Counted from the whole stretch's first letter, positions 1 to 12,089 are shown. The stretch is 63,369 nt of DNA, filler included, from Bonamia ostreae (GCA_040357525.1; 37 parts of 37 records of this genome joined end to end with filler, not necessarily neighbours in it), one strand, 5' to 3'. Numbers and translations are program-made. Notes: a model not told the origin generated them from the sequence alone.

Positions 1-254
1 AAATTACAAAAATTGCCGTTCGAAAAAATTGTTTTATCGAAAATTACAAAAATTGCCGTTTGGAAAAATTGTTTTATCGAAAATTACAAAAATTGCAATT
101 TCAAATAATTTGTTTTATCGAAAATTACAAAAAAATTGTTTTGCTGAAAATTACAAAAATTGCCGTTCGAAAAAATTGTTTTATCGAAAATTACAAAAAT
201 TGTCGTTCGAAAAAATTTGTTTTATCGAAAATTACAAAAATTGCCGTTCGAAAG
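1..254. repeat. ~40-bp AT-rich minisatellite (AAATTACAAAAATTGCCGTTCGAAAAAATTGTTTTATCGA), ~6.5 copies, probably intronic in the PAQR gene
   Basis: Direct tandem copies at 1, 41, 81 and onward. It follows a likely GTTTT donor at 268 on the minus strand. Confidence 0.95.
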
Positions 255-268
255 AAAAATTTTAAAAC

Positions 269-1201
269 TTTTTCAAATTTTTGAACATTTTCCGGTGCAT
301 TTGCAAATATCTCGAAAAAGTTATTTTTGCAGAGATATTTTTGGAAATGATGCAAATCCGCTTCGACTTTTTTGATGTCGAAATGTTTAATCTTTTCCAG
401 CTTATTCGATATCATCGATAACAAATTTGATATTTCTTTTGAAAAATTAATATCAATTTTTTGTGCCGCTGAAGAAACGAGCTTTTCAACTTCGGCTTTT
501 AATTGTTCGATTTGATCACTAAAATAGCTTTTTTCGTGCATTAACTGATTTGTAAGATTTTTGGCCGTGTAGTAAAGCAGAAAGAGAAAGAAGAAGAAAC
601 CGAGAATGTGCGTCCGTGCAAATTATTAAGGAAAATTGACGTTTTTACAAAAAAATTTTAATTGTTGAAAAGGATATAAATATTGATGGTTTCGTTGTGA
701 AGAGAAAATAAAGTTGAAAGACTATGTCGATACGTTTCGTTGTTTCGATATCCTTTACCATTTTATCTCAAAAAATATATTTAAGCTTTAAAAATTACCC
801 GGACTTTTGTAATTTAATATTCTGTGATCAAAAAATTTTTATTAATGTTTTTATTACTTTAGTATTAATGAATGAATGTTTTTATTAGTTTTTATTACAA
901 AAAATGATTATAATCCATTATTTTAAAAAATATTAATAAAGTTCAAACTTAAAATCTAATACATGGAAATTATTTAATATATATTTTATTTAAAAAATTG
1001 TTCAAATTGTTGCTACAAAAATTGTTGCAATTAAATTCTGTTTTTGTGTGTATATTAAAAGTCCTAATGTTTAAAGCTGTTCGTATTGCAAAGATGTTAA
1101 CCGTTTTTGATATAAGGATTGTCTCTCTTTTGTTCTGGTATCTCGTTAATTTTTCTGAGACGCATTTTGCTCCCATTATTCGGTTTGGTTTTGTCAGTCA
1201 T
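269..1201 (-). CDS. PAQR/adiponectin-receptor (HlyIII) family membrane protein, 5' part; exons 1201-1102, 752-678, 615-~269
   Basis: Spliced translation MTDK...EIPEQKRDNPYIKNGYRNNETYRHSLSTLFSLHNETINIWTHILGFFFFLFLLYY carries the PAQR signature DN.YI..GYR...HNET.NIWTH followed by TM1. Exon phases are consistent. Confidence 0.9.
616..677 (-). other. U12-type (minor spliceosome) AT-AC intron, 62 nt
   Basis: 5' ATATCCTTT, branch TTTTCCTTAAT with the branch A about 11 nt from the 3' end, 3' CAC. Removal restores T|GG (Trp) of NIWTH. There is no AG inside the intron and read-through hits TAA. Confidence 0.9.
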
Positions 1202-1244
1202 TATACTGAAACAAACTAAACGTAAATACAATATATTAACTAAA

Positions 1245-1524
1245 ATGCCCGAGAGCTTAATAGAGCCATTACCGAATGAGTTATTTCTGCCAATGTCTTT
1301 GATACTAATATCGATTGGGTTTGCAGTTTTAATCTACTTTTTAATGTTTTTGTTATATTTGTCGAGCTTTAATTAAAAATGGTAAATCGTTTTATGAATA
1401 AAGAAATTGCAGATCACGCTCAATTAGAAGTTTTCAGAAAGATGTGATTTTTATGTCGTTTATTTCGATATTGATGTCGCTGGGACTCTTTTTCTTTCTA
1501 TTGGAAATCGGGTTTCCGATGTGA
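1245..1524 (+). CDS. TMEM258/OST5-like small two-TM protein (~70 aa), one intron 1346-1403 or 1346-1412
   Basis: MPESLIEPLPNELFLPMSLILISIGFAVLIYFL / SRSIRSFQKDVIFMSFISILMSLGLFFFLLEIGFPM*. Size and two-helix pattern match TMEM258. Confidence 0.65.
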
Positions 1525-1730
1525 CGGCCAAGAAGAACATTACTAAATTCATTTATTTTTTTTTGTTTGAATCAATGTGGAAACCAGTTGGCAAAAGACT
1601 GGCTGGGCCCAACAGTGCGAAAAATCGACTNNNNNNNNNNNNNNNNNNNNNNNNNNNNNNNNNNNNNNNNNNNNTTAATTAATTAANNNNNNNNNNNNNN
1701 NNNNNNNNNNNNNNNNNNNNNNNNNNNNNN

Positions 1731-2691
1731 TTTTTGAATATTTAATAGTTTGATAATATAATTTAAAATTTAATTTAATTTTTTCGATTGTTTTTGTTAT
1801 TAAAATGGCTAATTTTAAAACAACAACCCAAACAATTGGATAATGCATCTCCAGACAAAGCAACTAATATCGAACCCAAGTTTCCAAACGAAGGTTTTAT
1901 CAAATTCTTTTAAAATTTAGGTATTTGATCAAATTCTTTCAAATTTATAAAATTCTAAATTTCAAATATTAAATTTTTACAAAAATTAAATTTTAGCCGT
2001 AAACATCGTCAGTAACAGTTTCGATTTTTTCAATTATGTTTTCGATTTTTCTGTCATTTTCACTGTCAGTTTTCCCGTCAATTTTCATTTTTTTCGATTT
2101 ATTTTCCATTTTCTTCTGTTTCTTTATCACTGAAACCAATTCTTCATCGTTAAAAGTGCCGATATTAAATCGAGTACTTTTGTTTTCCGATAACAAAAGC
2201 TCAAAAACAAGATCGCACTCTTCTTTTTCGGCAAAACTTAATGCGATTTCCTCGCCATTTTCAGCCCAAGTTATTATCGAATCGCCGTCTCGACAATATT
2301 TAATCGTGTTCGAGACCAAATGAGAAAGGGCCAATTTTTTATTCGATTTGTTAAATATCTGCAACATCAAAAAATCTCCGAATTTCGGGTTTTCTTTGAT
2401 TGTTTTTGACGCTCCGAAAAAATTGATTGATTTTTTTAAATGTTCTTTATTCGGATTTCTTATTTTATCAATGTTTTTGTTTTCGATAATGGCGTCGCTC
2501 ATCGCGTTTGATCGAACGTTTTGTGGGTCGACGATGAAGAAGTTTTCTAATATTTTTTTGTTTGAATGTTTGTTGTCTAACAGGGCGGATTTCAGATCGC
2601 AATATAACAATCCGAAAAAGTTTAGGTCTTCCCAATTATTGTTGTTTAGTCGAAATATTTTCACATTGAAAGGGCGATCTTTCGTCGGCAT
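1731..2691 (-). CDS. PP4 regulatory subunit 3 (SMEK/Psy2)-like, N-terminal EVH1-like domain, 3' partial
   Basis: VKIFRLNNNNWED and YCRDGDSIITWAENGEEIALSFAEKEECDLVFE match the PP4R3 motifs VKVY.L....WDD and Y....DT.I.W.E....ALSF.E...C...W. ATG at 2691. Confidence 0.8.
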
Positions 2692-2763
2692 TTTTAGTTT
2701 TTGGGTTCTTATTTTGTTCAAATTTAAATTGTTTGGAAAATTTTGAGCTTAAAAGTTATTGGA

Positions 2764-3160
2764 TTAAATTTTGAGCTTAAATAATTTGGGGATTTTTAGA
2801 TTTAACTTTGGACTGTTCTTTGGAAAATTTTTCTGTTTTTTGGATTCTGTGATTGTATCAGAAAAGGTTTTTGGGGAGCCAACATTATTTAGATCGTTCG
2901 GCTTTTTTAAAGCTTGAGTTTTTTTAATATGGTTAGTGCCAAAGAAATCGTAGTCTATGTATTTGTCGTAGCTTTTTTGGGGCTCCATTAAAAATATGCA
3001 ATGTTCTTGTAATATATTGAAAATTGCTAATACATTTTTGACGTTTGAATTAAATGAAAGCGTTTACTTTATCGCCAAATGAACATCTCCTTTGACTGCG
3101 TTCTTTAGTAAAGAAACAGCAATGTTGTCACTTTCTCCTAAACCGTCAAGTGAAAACTTC
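2764..3160 (-). CDS. Hypothetical protein, 3' exons
   Basis: KFSLDGLGESDNIAVSLLKNAVKGDVHLAIK joins through a GT-AG intron to QFSIYYKNIAYFLMEPQKSYD..., with stop at 2764. Confidence 0.5.
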
Positions 3161-3167
3161 TGAAATT

Positions 3168-3359
3168 TTAAGTCGATTTATAAAAATTATTTAAAAAATA
3201 ACAATTTTTAAAGTCAAAAATTATTTAAAAAAACGGCAATATTTTAAGTCAAATTATAAAATATTATTTAAAACGACAATTTTTAAAGTCAAAAATTATA
3301 ATAAAAAATATAGAAAACGACAATTTTTAAGTCAAATTATAAAATATTATTTAAAACGA
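3168..3359. repeat. Degenerate AT-rich minisatellite (~35-40 bp units, core CAATTTTTAAAGTCAAAAATTAT), probably intronic
   Basis: About 5 imperfect tandem copies running to the contig end. Confidence 0.8.
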
Positions 3360-3714
3360 NNNNNNNNNNNNNNNNNNNNNNNNNNNNNNNNNNNNNNNNN
3401 NNNTTAATTAATTAANNNNNNNNNNNNNNNNNNNNNNNNNNNNNNNNNNNNNNNNNNNNCATCTACATAATGCTAGCCTATAAATGCTTTTAAAGAAGTA
3501 CTAACTGCCGCAGGTTTTCCGCAATGGATACAGCTAGTCATGGCAAAAATTGTTGATATGATAAAAATGGAAACACCTCGGATATCGGTTTTAAAATATT
3601 AATACCAATCCTTAATTTTCGTTATTTTGAAGTGCTCATCGTTAATCGAAAATCTACACTGATTAATGGACCCGACCACTGTTGCCTTAGATAAATATCC
3701 ATTACCTACTCCAT

Positions 3715-3800
3715 GGGGCGAATCCACGTAGGGCGAACATGTAATTGGGGCGAATACACTCAGGGCGAACAGGTAATCGGAGCAAAACCACCCGGATCCG
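3715..3800. repeat. Short GGGCGAA-core tandem repeat in an animal-type contig
   Basis: Four GGGCGAA units at 14-16 nt spacing plus one degenerate copy. Confidence 0.55.
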
Positions 3801-5187
3801 TCCAAACGTTCGTACGGTCTGTGTCGCCATGTGAAACAAAACGGAAGTAGGGGAATAACCTGAATTTCTTATCTACACTAAGTGGATTAGAACACATTCT
3901 AACTCGGGCAAAAAAGTTGTAACGTGTAGTTGTACACATCAGGTGTGTCTATAACTTGGAGATAAATTTACACCATTGGACTTACATTTTCTGGGTATGT
4001 TCTTTTAGAATTTAAGGATTGAATATGTAAATTTGAAACACATTAGATCCAAGTTTTCTTGTTCGCACTTTTGTTCCAAAATATCGATTATACAGTGATA
4101 ATCAGTTAATAAAATGCACGGAATAATGTAATATTAATTGTTCTTGAACTCCAAATTGGTATGATTTTAGGATAGATTTTTTTTCTCTTGTAACAACTCG
4201 GGTCAGACTTTGCGAGCTAAAAATAAATGCAATATTTCGAAGGATGCTTCGCCAACTTTAGTCATTGTGTGTAATTTGTTAAGTATACAATTAAAATATA
4301 TCTTTTTATAGCATGGTTTGGTCAAATACTCTTGTACAGAAAGCGTTACATTTATCAGACAAAATATGGCGTGGCATTATCGATTTTTTCGCCAGTCCAG
4401 GCCCGTTTTTTTTTTTATCTTTATCTGGCAAGCACTTGAATATCTCTACATTTAGTAGAAGAAAAACTGGTATAATTTTTTTTAGTTTTCCTGGTTGGAT
4501 ACAATAGCTAATATAAAAGAAAGACAATTTAAGACTAAGCCAATGGATAATACAATTTACACGTGTAGCTGCGTAGTAGGGGAATCACCTAAAACCCTTT
4601 GTATTACGTTATCAGTGTCGCTTTGTATTGTAGCCTTTGTAGGGTAAAATTCATATCTTATCTTCTGATTCGGTGTTTTGATTTATACAATAATGTATGT
4701 CTTATTCAAATTGTAATGACCCCATTCCAAAGGTTTGCTACATGTGAATATATTACATTATGCAGACATTTATGAAAATCCTGATAATTAAACTCAGAAT
4801 AACTATACACGTACAGACTTGTAATCTCAACGTCCTTGGTTTTACAAGTATTTCGTGATGTTTTTGTCTGATTTACACATGTACAAGCGTAATATATATT
4901 GCAATCATTTTTCGGTGATTGAAATTGTTTGACACAGCTTCTGTGGCATACGCATTCATTTTTCTTCATGTAAGAATATTTCTGCAGTTTACAACACTAA
5001 ATGTTGATAAGTTTAGTTTCAGATTTAAAAAAAACCAAAACAAAACCTGATATTGGTTAAGCTTACTGAATTATGTCTTGTAATGAANNNNNNNNNNNNN
5101 NNNNNNNNNNNNNNNNNNNNNNNNNNNNNNNTTAATTAATTAANNNNNNNNNNNNNNNNNNNNNNNNNNNNNNNNNNNNNNNNNNNN

Positions 5188-5674
5188 AATCAGGAAAAAG
5201 AAATCTTCTCCAAATCGGACCGCTTTTTCATCGCCAAAAATTCCACGCTCCACACTCAAATTTTAGTCGATTCTTTGTACAACGTCATTTTCTTCCAATA
5301 CGATCGGTCTCCTTGGTTGCCGACATTAAAAACAGTCCATCAATGTTTAATATATTGATTCTCAAAGACCCGAAAATAATGCCAGCTCTAAAAGTTGACG
5401 AGGGCGCGATTAAACATGTTTTAAGAGGATCAGACATAATGACGCCAGGATTGACAAACGAAGGAGGAGAAATCGCGGTGGATTTGGAGGAGAACAAATA
5501 TTGCGTAAAATTTGCGATTTTAAGGTTGTTAACGCGGAAGGAAAAGAGCACGCTGCGGCGGTAGGAATGACATTGATGTCAACGGAACAAATGCGCAAAG
5601 ATGGGAAAGGCAGAGCGATAAAGAGTTTGCACCATCTCGGCGACAGTTTGTGGGAATTAGATTTGTCTAATTAA
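5188..5674 (+). CDS. MCTS1: MCT-1/Tma20 translation factor (PUA domain), 5' partial; introns 5345-5367 (23 nt) and 5505-5524 (20 nt)
   Basis: Spliced ...PWLPTLKTVHQYPKIMPALKVDEGAIKHVLRGSDIMTPGLT...AEGKEHAAAVG...KGRAIKSLHHLGDSLW. Confidence 0.93.
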
Positions 5675-5890
5675 AATTGCTAAATTTTTTAATCGTTTTA
5701 AATGTAATTTCAATATCAAATGGGTCTTTTTGTAGCATTGTAAGATTAATTTAATATAATAGCAATGCTTTTGTAGTCGGTGTCAATGTCGGATTGGATT
5801 CAAAAGGCCTTCAATTTTACAATTAAACTGAAATTTGTGGATTAATTAAGTTTGAATCGATTTGATAACAACTGTAATTAGAAATGACAA

Positions 5891-6768
5891 CTAATTATAA
5901 TCCATTAAAATAAAAATATATGCTTTATCATTAAAATCTGTAATAAGCTTAAAAATGTCCAAACAATAAAACGTGTTCCAATCGATTCCATTAAAGAAAG
6001 GATGTCTCTTTAACTTTTCAAAGCCATCTTTTCCTGCGCCAAGTCGTTCCTCTTTGGAGGTTTTCATCAATTTTCTCATTAAATCTTCACATTGTTCTGA
6101 CATAGGAGGATATTTAATGTCAGAAGTAATTGCAGAATAAACAGCCCGCAAGTCCAATTTTTTGTTCACAAAAGCGTTTTTAAAATCAAACGGACGCGAC
6201 CCCGTGATACACATGTACATGGTCACCCCCAAAGACCACAAATCAGCTTCCAGTGAAATCCGTCCTTTCAAAATCTCTGGAGCTTTTTTGTAAAATATTT
6301 TGCCGAAAAATCATAATTTTGTCAAATTAGAAGAAAAGCATTTTTATAGAAATTAATTTTGAAATTTTTAAAAATCGTCAAAATTGCTAATTTGACAAAC
6401 CCATAAACATCGGACTTCCTTTTATTTGTAATTCCTTGACATCTTCTACTATTTCGGATAATCCAAAATCGGTCAATCCGATCCGAAAATTTGAGTCGAT
6501 CAATATATTTCCCGGTTTGATGTCCAAATGCGCAAATCTTTTTTTGTGGAGCGCTTCTAACCCGTTAATGATTTGAGCGAAAATGGGTTTGTAGAAAATC
6601 TCGTTCTTGAAACTCGATTTCGCAAATTTCCCAAGAGAGCCGTTCGGATAGTACTGCATCACCAAATAAGCAGAATTTTTTGTTTGGAAAGAAGCGAATA
6701 GTTTTGGAATGAATTCGTTGTCGATATTTTGAAGGATATTTTTTTCGGTTATTAATTTGTCGAACTTT
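5891..6768 (-). CDS. AGC-group Ser/Thr protein kinase, 5' partial
   Basis: HLDIKPGN, DFG, GSPMFM|APE across a GT-AG intron, DLWSLG, RLGAGKDGFEKLKRHPFFNGIDW. Confidence 0.9.
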
Positions 6769-6983
6769 AAATCAAATTTGACTAAATCCAGAAATCAAAA
6801 TTATAGCAACTTCCCNNNNNNNNNNNNNNNNNNNNNNNNNNNNNNNNNNNNNNNNNNNNTTAATTAATTAANNNNNNNNNNNNNNNNNNNNNNNNNNNNN
6901 NNNNNNNNNNNNNNNTTTCTTAGTCATAACTGTTATAGTTTAGAATAAAGACTAACCACCATTTTCCATTCTGTTGAAATCAG

Positions 6984-7178
6984 GAAGAATTACCCTTGGG
7001 TTCATATCGAACTATTTACGAGGAAATGAGAGACCACCCTGAGGTAGCAACTGCTATTCAAAATGTGGACATTGCAATTCGGTATCTTCTTAAAACTGGC
7101 AGCAAACCCGAACTATCATTGGAACAATATATGAAGGAAAAACATCTGATGGAAAAGCCGTTTGAAGATCACCATTCG
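6984..7178 (+). CDS. Isolated exon of an RNF213-like giant E3 ligase/AAA+ (animal host)
   Basis: AG/GTATG-bounded 195-nt exon. EVATAIQNVDIAIRYLLKTGSKPELSLEQYM resembles the RNF213 C-terminal region. Confidence 0.6.
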
Positions 7179-10100
7179 GTATGCTTACATTCTAGTAGTT
7201 GATATATTTGAATTCTCGACATATTTTAAAACTCGCACCACTTAGGGATGATTTATCAGTTATGAGACATACACATGTATCGTTATAAGGAATGCTTTGC
7301 AGATTAATTAATCTAACTGTTACATATTACTTCGCTAATAGTAGCCTAGGTCACATTTCCCAAACCTTCAACTGATTTAGACTATCTTCTTGGATAGCCA
7401 CATCCACAAAGCAGCACCAGTGATCTAAGTACTTTAAAAGGGTGTACAGGTACCTGTTGAAAAATAGAGTCTCGCCTCGAATGAAAACAATTAACTGATT
7501 TTATAGTATTCTTTGATTTTAATGTGACATAAACATATTTATGTGCCTTCAAAACAGCAAAAAGAAAGCTAGGTCTACAATTTGTTCACTTTGTGAACAA
7601 TAGGCTGTGGAATCCCTGTCGGTTTTATTAAAGACTTTCAGTAGGCTACGGTTCTGTTCCTCTACTACATAGTATATATTTTGCTTTGCAATAATTCTTT
7701 CAGAATTTCGAAAGATTGTTGACTTTCAGACATTTGTGAAAATGTTGAAGACCTAAAGACAAATCTTAAAATCAAAGTCAATTACTACTACTTCCCAATA
7801 CGCTTGAATTTCATGAATCGAATAATTTTATTGACCTACTTGAACACGATTAAGAGCCTTTAAAATAGCAGCCGCAGTGGGATATATTTAACACAATTAT
7901 TGATAACAGAGGAAATATAATTGATATTTACATTGTAAAATGATTATCTGAAATCGATGCTAATAGGCAAGGGTCTATACATGTATATTGTTCATGGACG
8001 TTCGTTGATCAACAAAGTACAATAAGGTAATCCAGTCGAAAAACATACAGACAGTCAGAAATGAATACAAGTAAATGGAGGTTTTCTTATACTTGCATGT
8101 ACCAGTACCCTCTGATGCCCTATGTTGTCAAGAGAATGTTAACAACCAAATACAGATATACATCATTATGCATCTGCATATGAATCTCTCAGTCAATCAG
8201 AACAAAGATATAAATGTTCATTTGAGCTTGTAATGATATAGAAACTGTCATTGGAAACAGAAAAATATAAGCGAAGAATCTTAATTGTGGTAAGTGGAAT
8301 CTAGCAGATTTGCAGAAAGTCAAGTGATTCTAGTCATCGATACTTGAAATTCTGGTAAACATTAACTTCCTAACTGCATAAAGGAACGCCAGAATTAATA
8401 GTACAAAGAATAAAATTGTGGATCTGTGATTGACAATTCTCTACTGACGCATTTATTAATTTTAGAAGATACATGCAATATTCTCCCGCAAAAACAAACA
8501 ACAGGGCCGGCCAGGAAAAAAGTAGAGATAAAATGATCAATNNNNNNNNNNNNNNNNNNNNNNNNNNNNNNNNNNNNNNNNNNNNTTAATTAATTAANNN
8601 NNNNNNNNNNNNNNNNNNNNNNNNNNNNNNNNNNNNNNNNNCTCCTGTTGGTGTAAATAACATTGGGGGAAAATACACGGATTTTATTAGAGGTTATCCA
8701 TTACAATATTTTGCACCATGATGAAGATCATATGAACTTGTAGTCCTCTCCTGAATATGTCAAAAAAATTGCAGATGGCTAAATCATCTCAAATATTTAC
8801 ATTAAAGCGTCCAACGAAATTTCAGTACATGAAATCTCCCAGTGGTAAAAAAAAAACTTTATGTTATACATATTCGATCTGGAAAAAAGTTGGATAAAAA
8901 TACTATATATTAGAGAGAAAAATATATGATCACTAAAGGAAGTATATCTATCTACTTACCTAGAAATACGATTTGATTATGAATAATGGCTCCGAATAAC
9001 GTCATTACTGATAACATTTTCACTTGGTGGAACGCTACATTCGGGATGGCGGTCATGCCTGGAAATCGGATGGCGACCCGGAAGCGGAGAAAAGAGCAAC
9101 AAGGTGAGTAAACTTGAAATTGTTCATACATGTATCTGTGTACAAATATGTTAGGTCAGGAAATTATATTTTACGCAAGATAGCAACCATGAAGCAACCC
9201 TCGACTTCTCAGGGTACTGAAGTTTTCTACTTTTGAGTTTTAACGCAACATTCTGTATCAAAATTAATCCTTAAAGGACTTCTTTCCTAACATATTGAAT
9301 GATTATGAAGTCTTGCTTTAGAATGTAGCTTTACTGGTTTCTTGTAAGTCAATGCATTTTACTAATTAAGTCCATAGGGCTTCAAACTCGATATGACGTT
9401 GGGGTGGCGGCATGTTTAAGAAATAGGGGTTATTTTCACTTGCAGTTCTCATTTAGTCTATTTTCGGGACCAAAAAAAAAGACTCATGAATAATTAAGGT
9501 TATGTCATGGTACGATGTAATTTTGCTGTAAATGTTGTTATACCGAACTTTAAGAAGTACATTTCTGATACATGTAATTCAGAGTCCGGAATGATCAGGG
9601 AATTGACACTCACAATAGTTATATTTAGTATATTGTTGAAATTCATATTACTTTGTACAGTTCCTGCCTTTTCAACAAAAATCCAAAATTCATCACATTA
9701 ATCAAGATAATGACAATCAATGTTTCTTTACAACATAAATCCGCATCTGATTGACCGTGTTCAAATAATTAATTGTGATAATCTGCTCTCGGGACACATG
9801 TTCAAAACCGAAAGGTGTGAATTGTAAACTGTAACTTAAATTAACTTAAATGATATACATTGTGAGTGTGTCCGTTTGTTAGTCATCTGTATTCGTGTAT
9901 ACATCATTTGCCTAAGTAGTGTCATACTTAACTAAAACCGGCGATTTTCGTGATTCATATATGTATCACAGTTCAAGTATAACAGTATGTGTTATTTGAA
10001 AGGATAGGGAGTCTTCTTTCTAAGAAAAAAAAAAGATTTGTTTTTGGTGAAAAAAGAACCTTGGGAATGGGGAAAGGTCACAGTTTGTGATTTTAGGAAT

Positions 10101-11857
10101 TTAATCCCTTGTAATGCAAATTTTGAAATTGCCATTAACTTAACTACTTGTGGGTCAATACTGGGAAAATGTTTTTTTGATGAATTCTTGCTCTTTTTGT
10201 TGGTGAGTGGGTGGGTGTGTGTGTTCCGGATTGTGTCAATCTCCTGTGGATACCATCCATCAGATANNNNNNNNNNNNNNNNNNNNNNNNNNNNNNNNNN
10301 NNNNNNNNNNTTAATTAATTAANNNNNNNNNNNNNNNNNNNNNNNNNNNNNNNNNNNNNNNNNNNNGGAGAGGGCTAAGAAAAGATTGTTCCTGATGCCT
10401 GATCTCATGTACTTATCTGAACAAACTTTGTGTAATGAATTAACTGTTTATACACTAGTGTCAGCTGCAAATGTGGTGCATAAAGTATATATGCAAACGT
10501 GTTCTTTGGACCGATTTTCATTGAAAAATACAGCACATACATCAATGAAGTTGTCAAAGAAAATCTAAATACGCACCCAATTTGACAGAGAAACGACACA
10601 AACAGTAAGAGTCTGGACTCTCAATATGGACACAATATCCATGTTTCTTTATATTTACTACAATAATCATCAATTGTAAACATCACCATGCGATTTTTTT
10701 TAGCAATTCTGAGCATACTAAAAGAATCTCATCTCATGAGTCTTAAGTTTTTATATTATAATTTTTTTTTTGGTGACCTTGTTCGACTTTGTAGACGACG
10801 TATCGTTTCATAGGGGGTTATTTCCTCATCTATTTGATAAAACGTCATGATCTTTGAAAAGTAGTAACTTGGTTCAGATATTCAGCTCCAGAGAAACACT
10901 TTATCAAATGAAATCCGTCGAATAAATATCGACTTTATTGACTTTATCAAAGGTTAAATCAAACTTTAAAATATTTTTTTTTTGTAATTTGGGGCTCATG
11001 GATCATTTCTTTGTAATGCAAATAGTTATTACTCGATTCTACCTAATTTCACCTGATTCCCCCTGAATGTAAAATCTAACACATAAGAAAGTACGACCAG
11101 CATACAGAATCCGATGTTTCATCTCACACACAAATAACTGCAGATAAGCAAATGTAAGATAATAATTTATTTATTCAGTAATAAACGGTTATAAATACTA
11201 CATGTGCATGCATTTTTTCATCGCGGGTTCCTATGGATCCTTTTCCTCAAATCATTTTCCGTTGAAATCTGTTTCATGGCGACCCATTCTAGAGTTATTT
11301 AATTTACTTTACCCAACAATACCAGCTTTGTTGAAGTTTTATGGCAGAAATTGAAAAGTTATCAACACTAAGTATGCACCACTTGTAACCCAGAACAAAT
11401 GGTTTGGAGCTCGTGCAAACGTTTAGGCCAAAGGCAGACTCCCAACTAGAATGTTCTTTTTACGTGCAAAGTTCTATTATCTCAACATACAAAATTACAT
11501 ATGGAGATAGATTGGCTAGTCCCCATCGTATTTTATTTTATTGCGTCGCTCTTTATTTTTCTTAGTACTTTTAGACATATTAATAGAGTGATACTGTGTT
11601 GGGAATGTAAGTTCGACTCAATGAACCCTTGTACTGAAGAACTCCCCATTATTTAGGAATTTCAGGTTTGGTCAGAAGTACCATGTTATCCTTTTTCGCT
11701 TGTCAAGACGTTTAAGACATATGTGAAGTTAGTTTCGAATTCGTCCGAGGACCCCCCCCCCCCCCGCCTTCATTGAAAAACGATGTAAATAGCTTTAACA
11801 TTGTCCTATACTTAGTTTTTAAGTATTCCATGATATGTTTTTCGATTTTCTTCTTAG

Positions 11858-11989
11858 GATGTCCTATACCCGGGTACTATGGACCTGAATGTTCTTCAGC
11901 TTGTGCCGTTACGTGTCGGTTGTGTCAGATAGAGACTGGAGCGTGTCTGGTATGTTATCCTGGATATGATGGTCATCTGTGTGTAGTAT
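11858..11989 (+). CDS. Exon of a MEGF10/scavenger-receptor-F-like EGF-repeat protein (animal host)
   Basis: Pyrimidine tract and AG, then CPIPGYYGPECSSACAVTCRLCQIETGACLVCYPGYDGHLC. Confidence 0.75.
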
Positions 11990-12089
11990 NNNNNNNNNNN
12001 NNNNNNNNNNNNNNNNNNNNNNNNNNNNNNNNNTTAATTAATTAANNNNNNNNNNNNNNNNNNNNNNNNNNNNNNNNNNNNNNNNNNNN

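Noticed and set aside
1-254. CRISPR-like repeat array (also considered for 33300-33471)
   Set aside because: Units are directly tandem with no unique spacers, lie in or next to eukaryotic introns, and no cas genes are present.
29-375. Three overlapping plus-strand ORFs with repeated peptides
   Set aside because: Translations of the 40-bp minisatellite, antisense to the PAQR gene.
748-756. Second ATATCCTTT (U12 donor-like) on the plus strand
   Set aside because: Antisense to the PAQR intron 1/exon 2 junction (AAAG|GATAT), with no plus-strand gene or branch site.
6731-6739. ATATCCTTC on the minus strand in the kinase gene
   Set aside because: Lies within the uninterrupted conserved frame EKNILQNIDNEFI, so it is coding.
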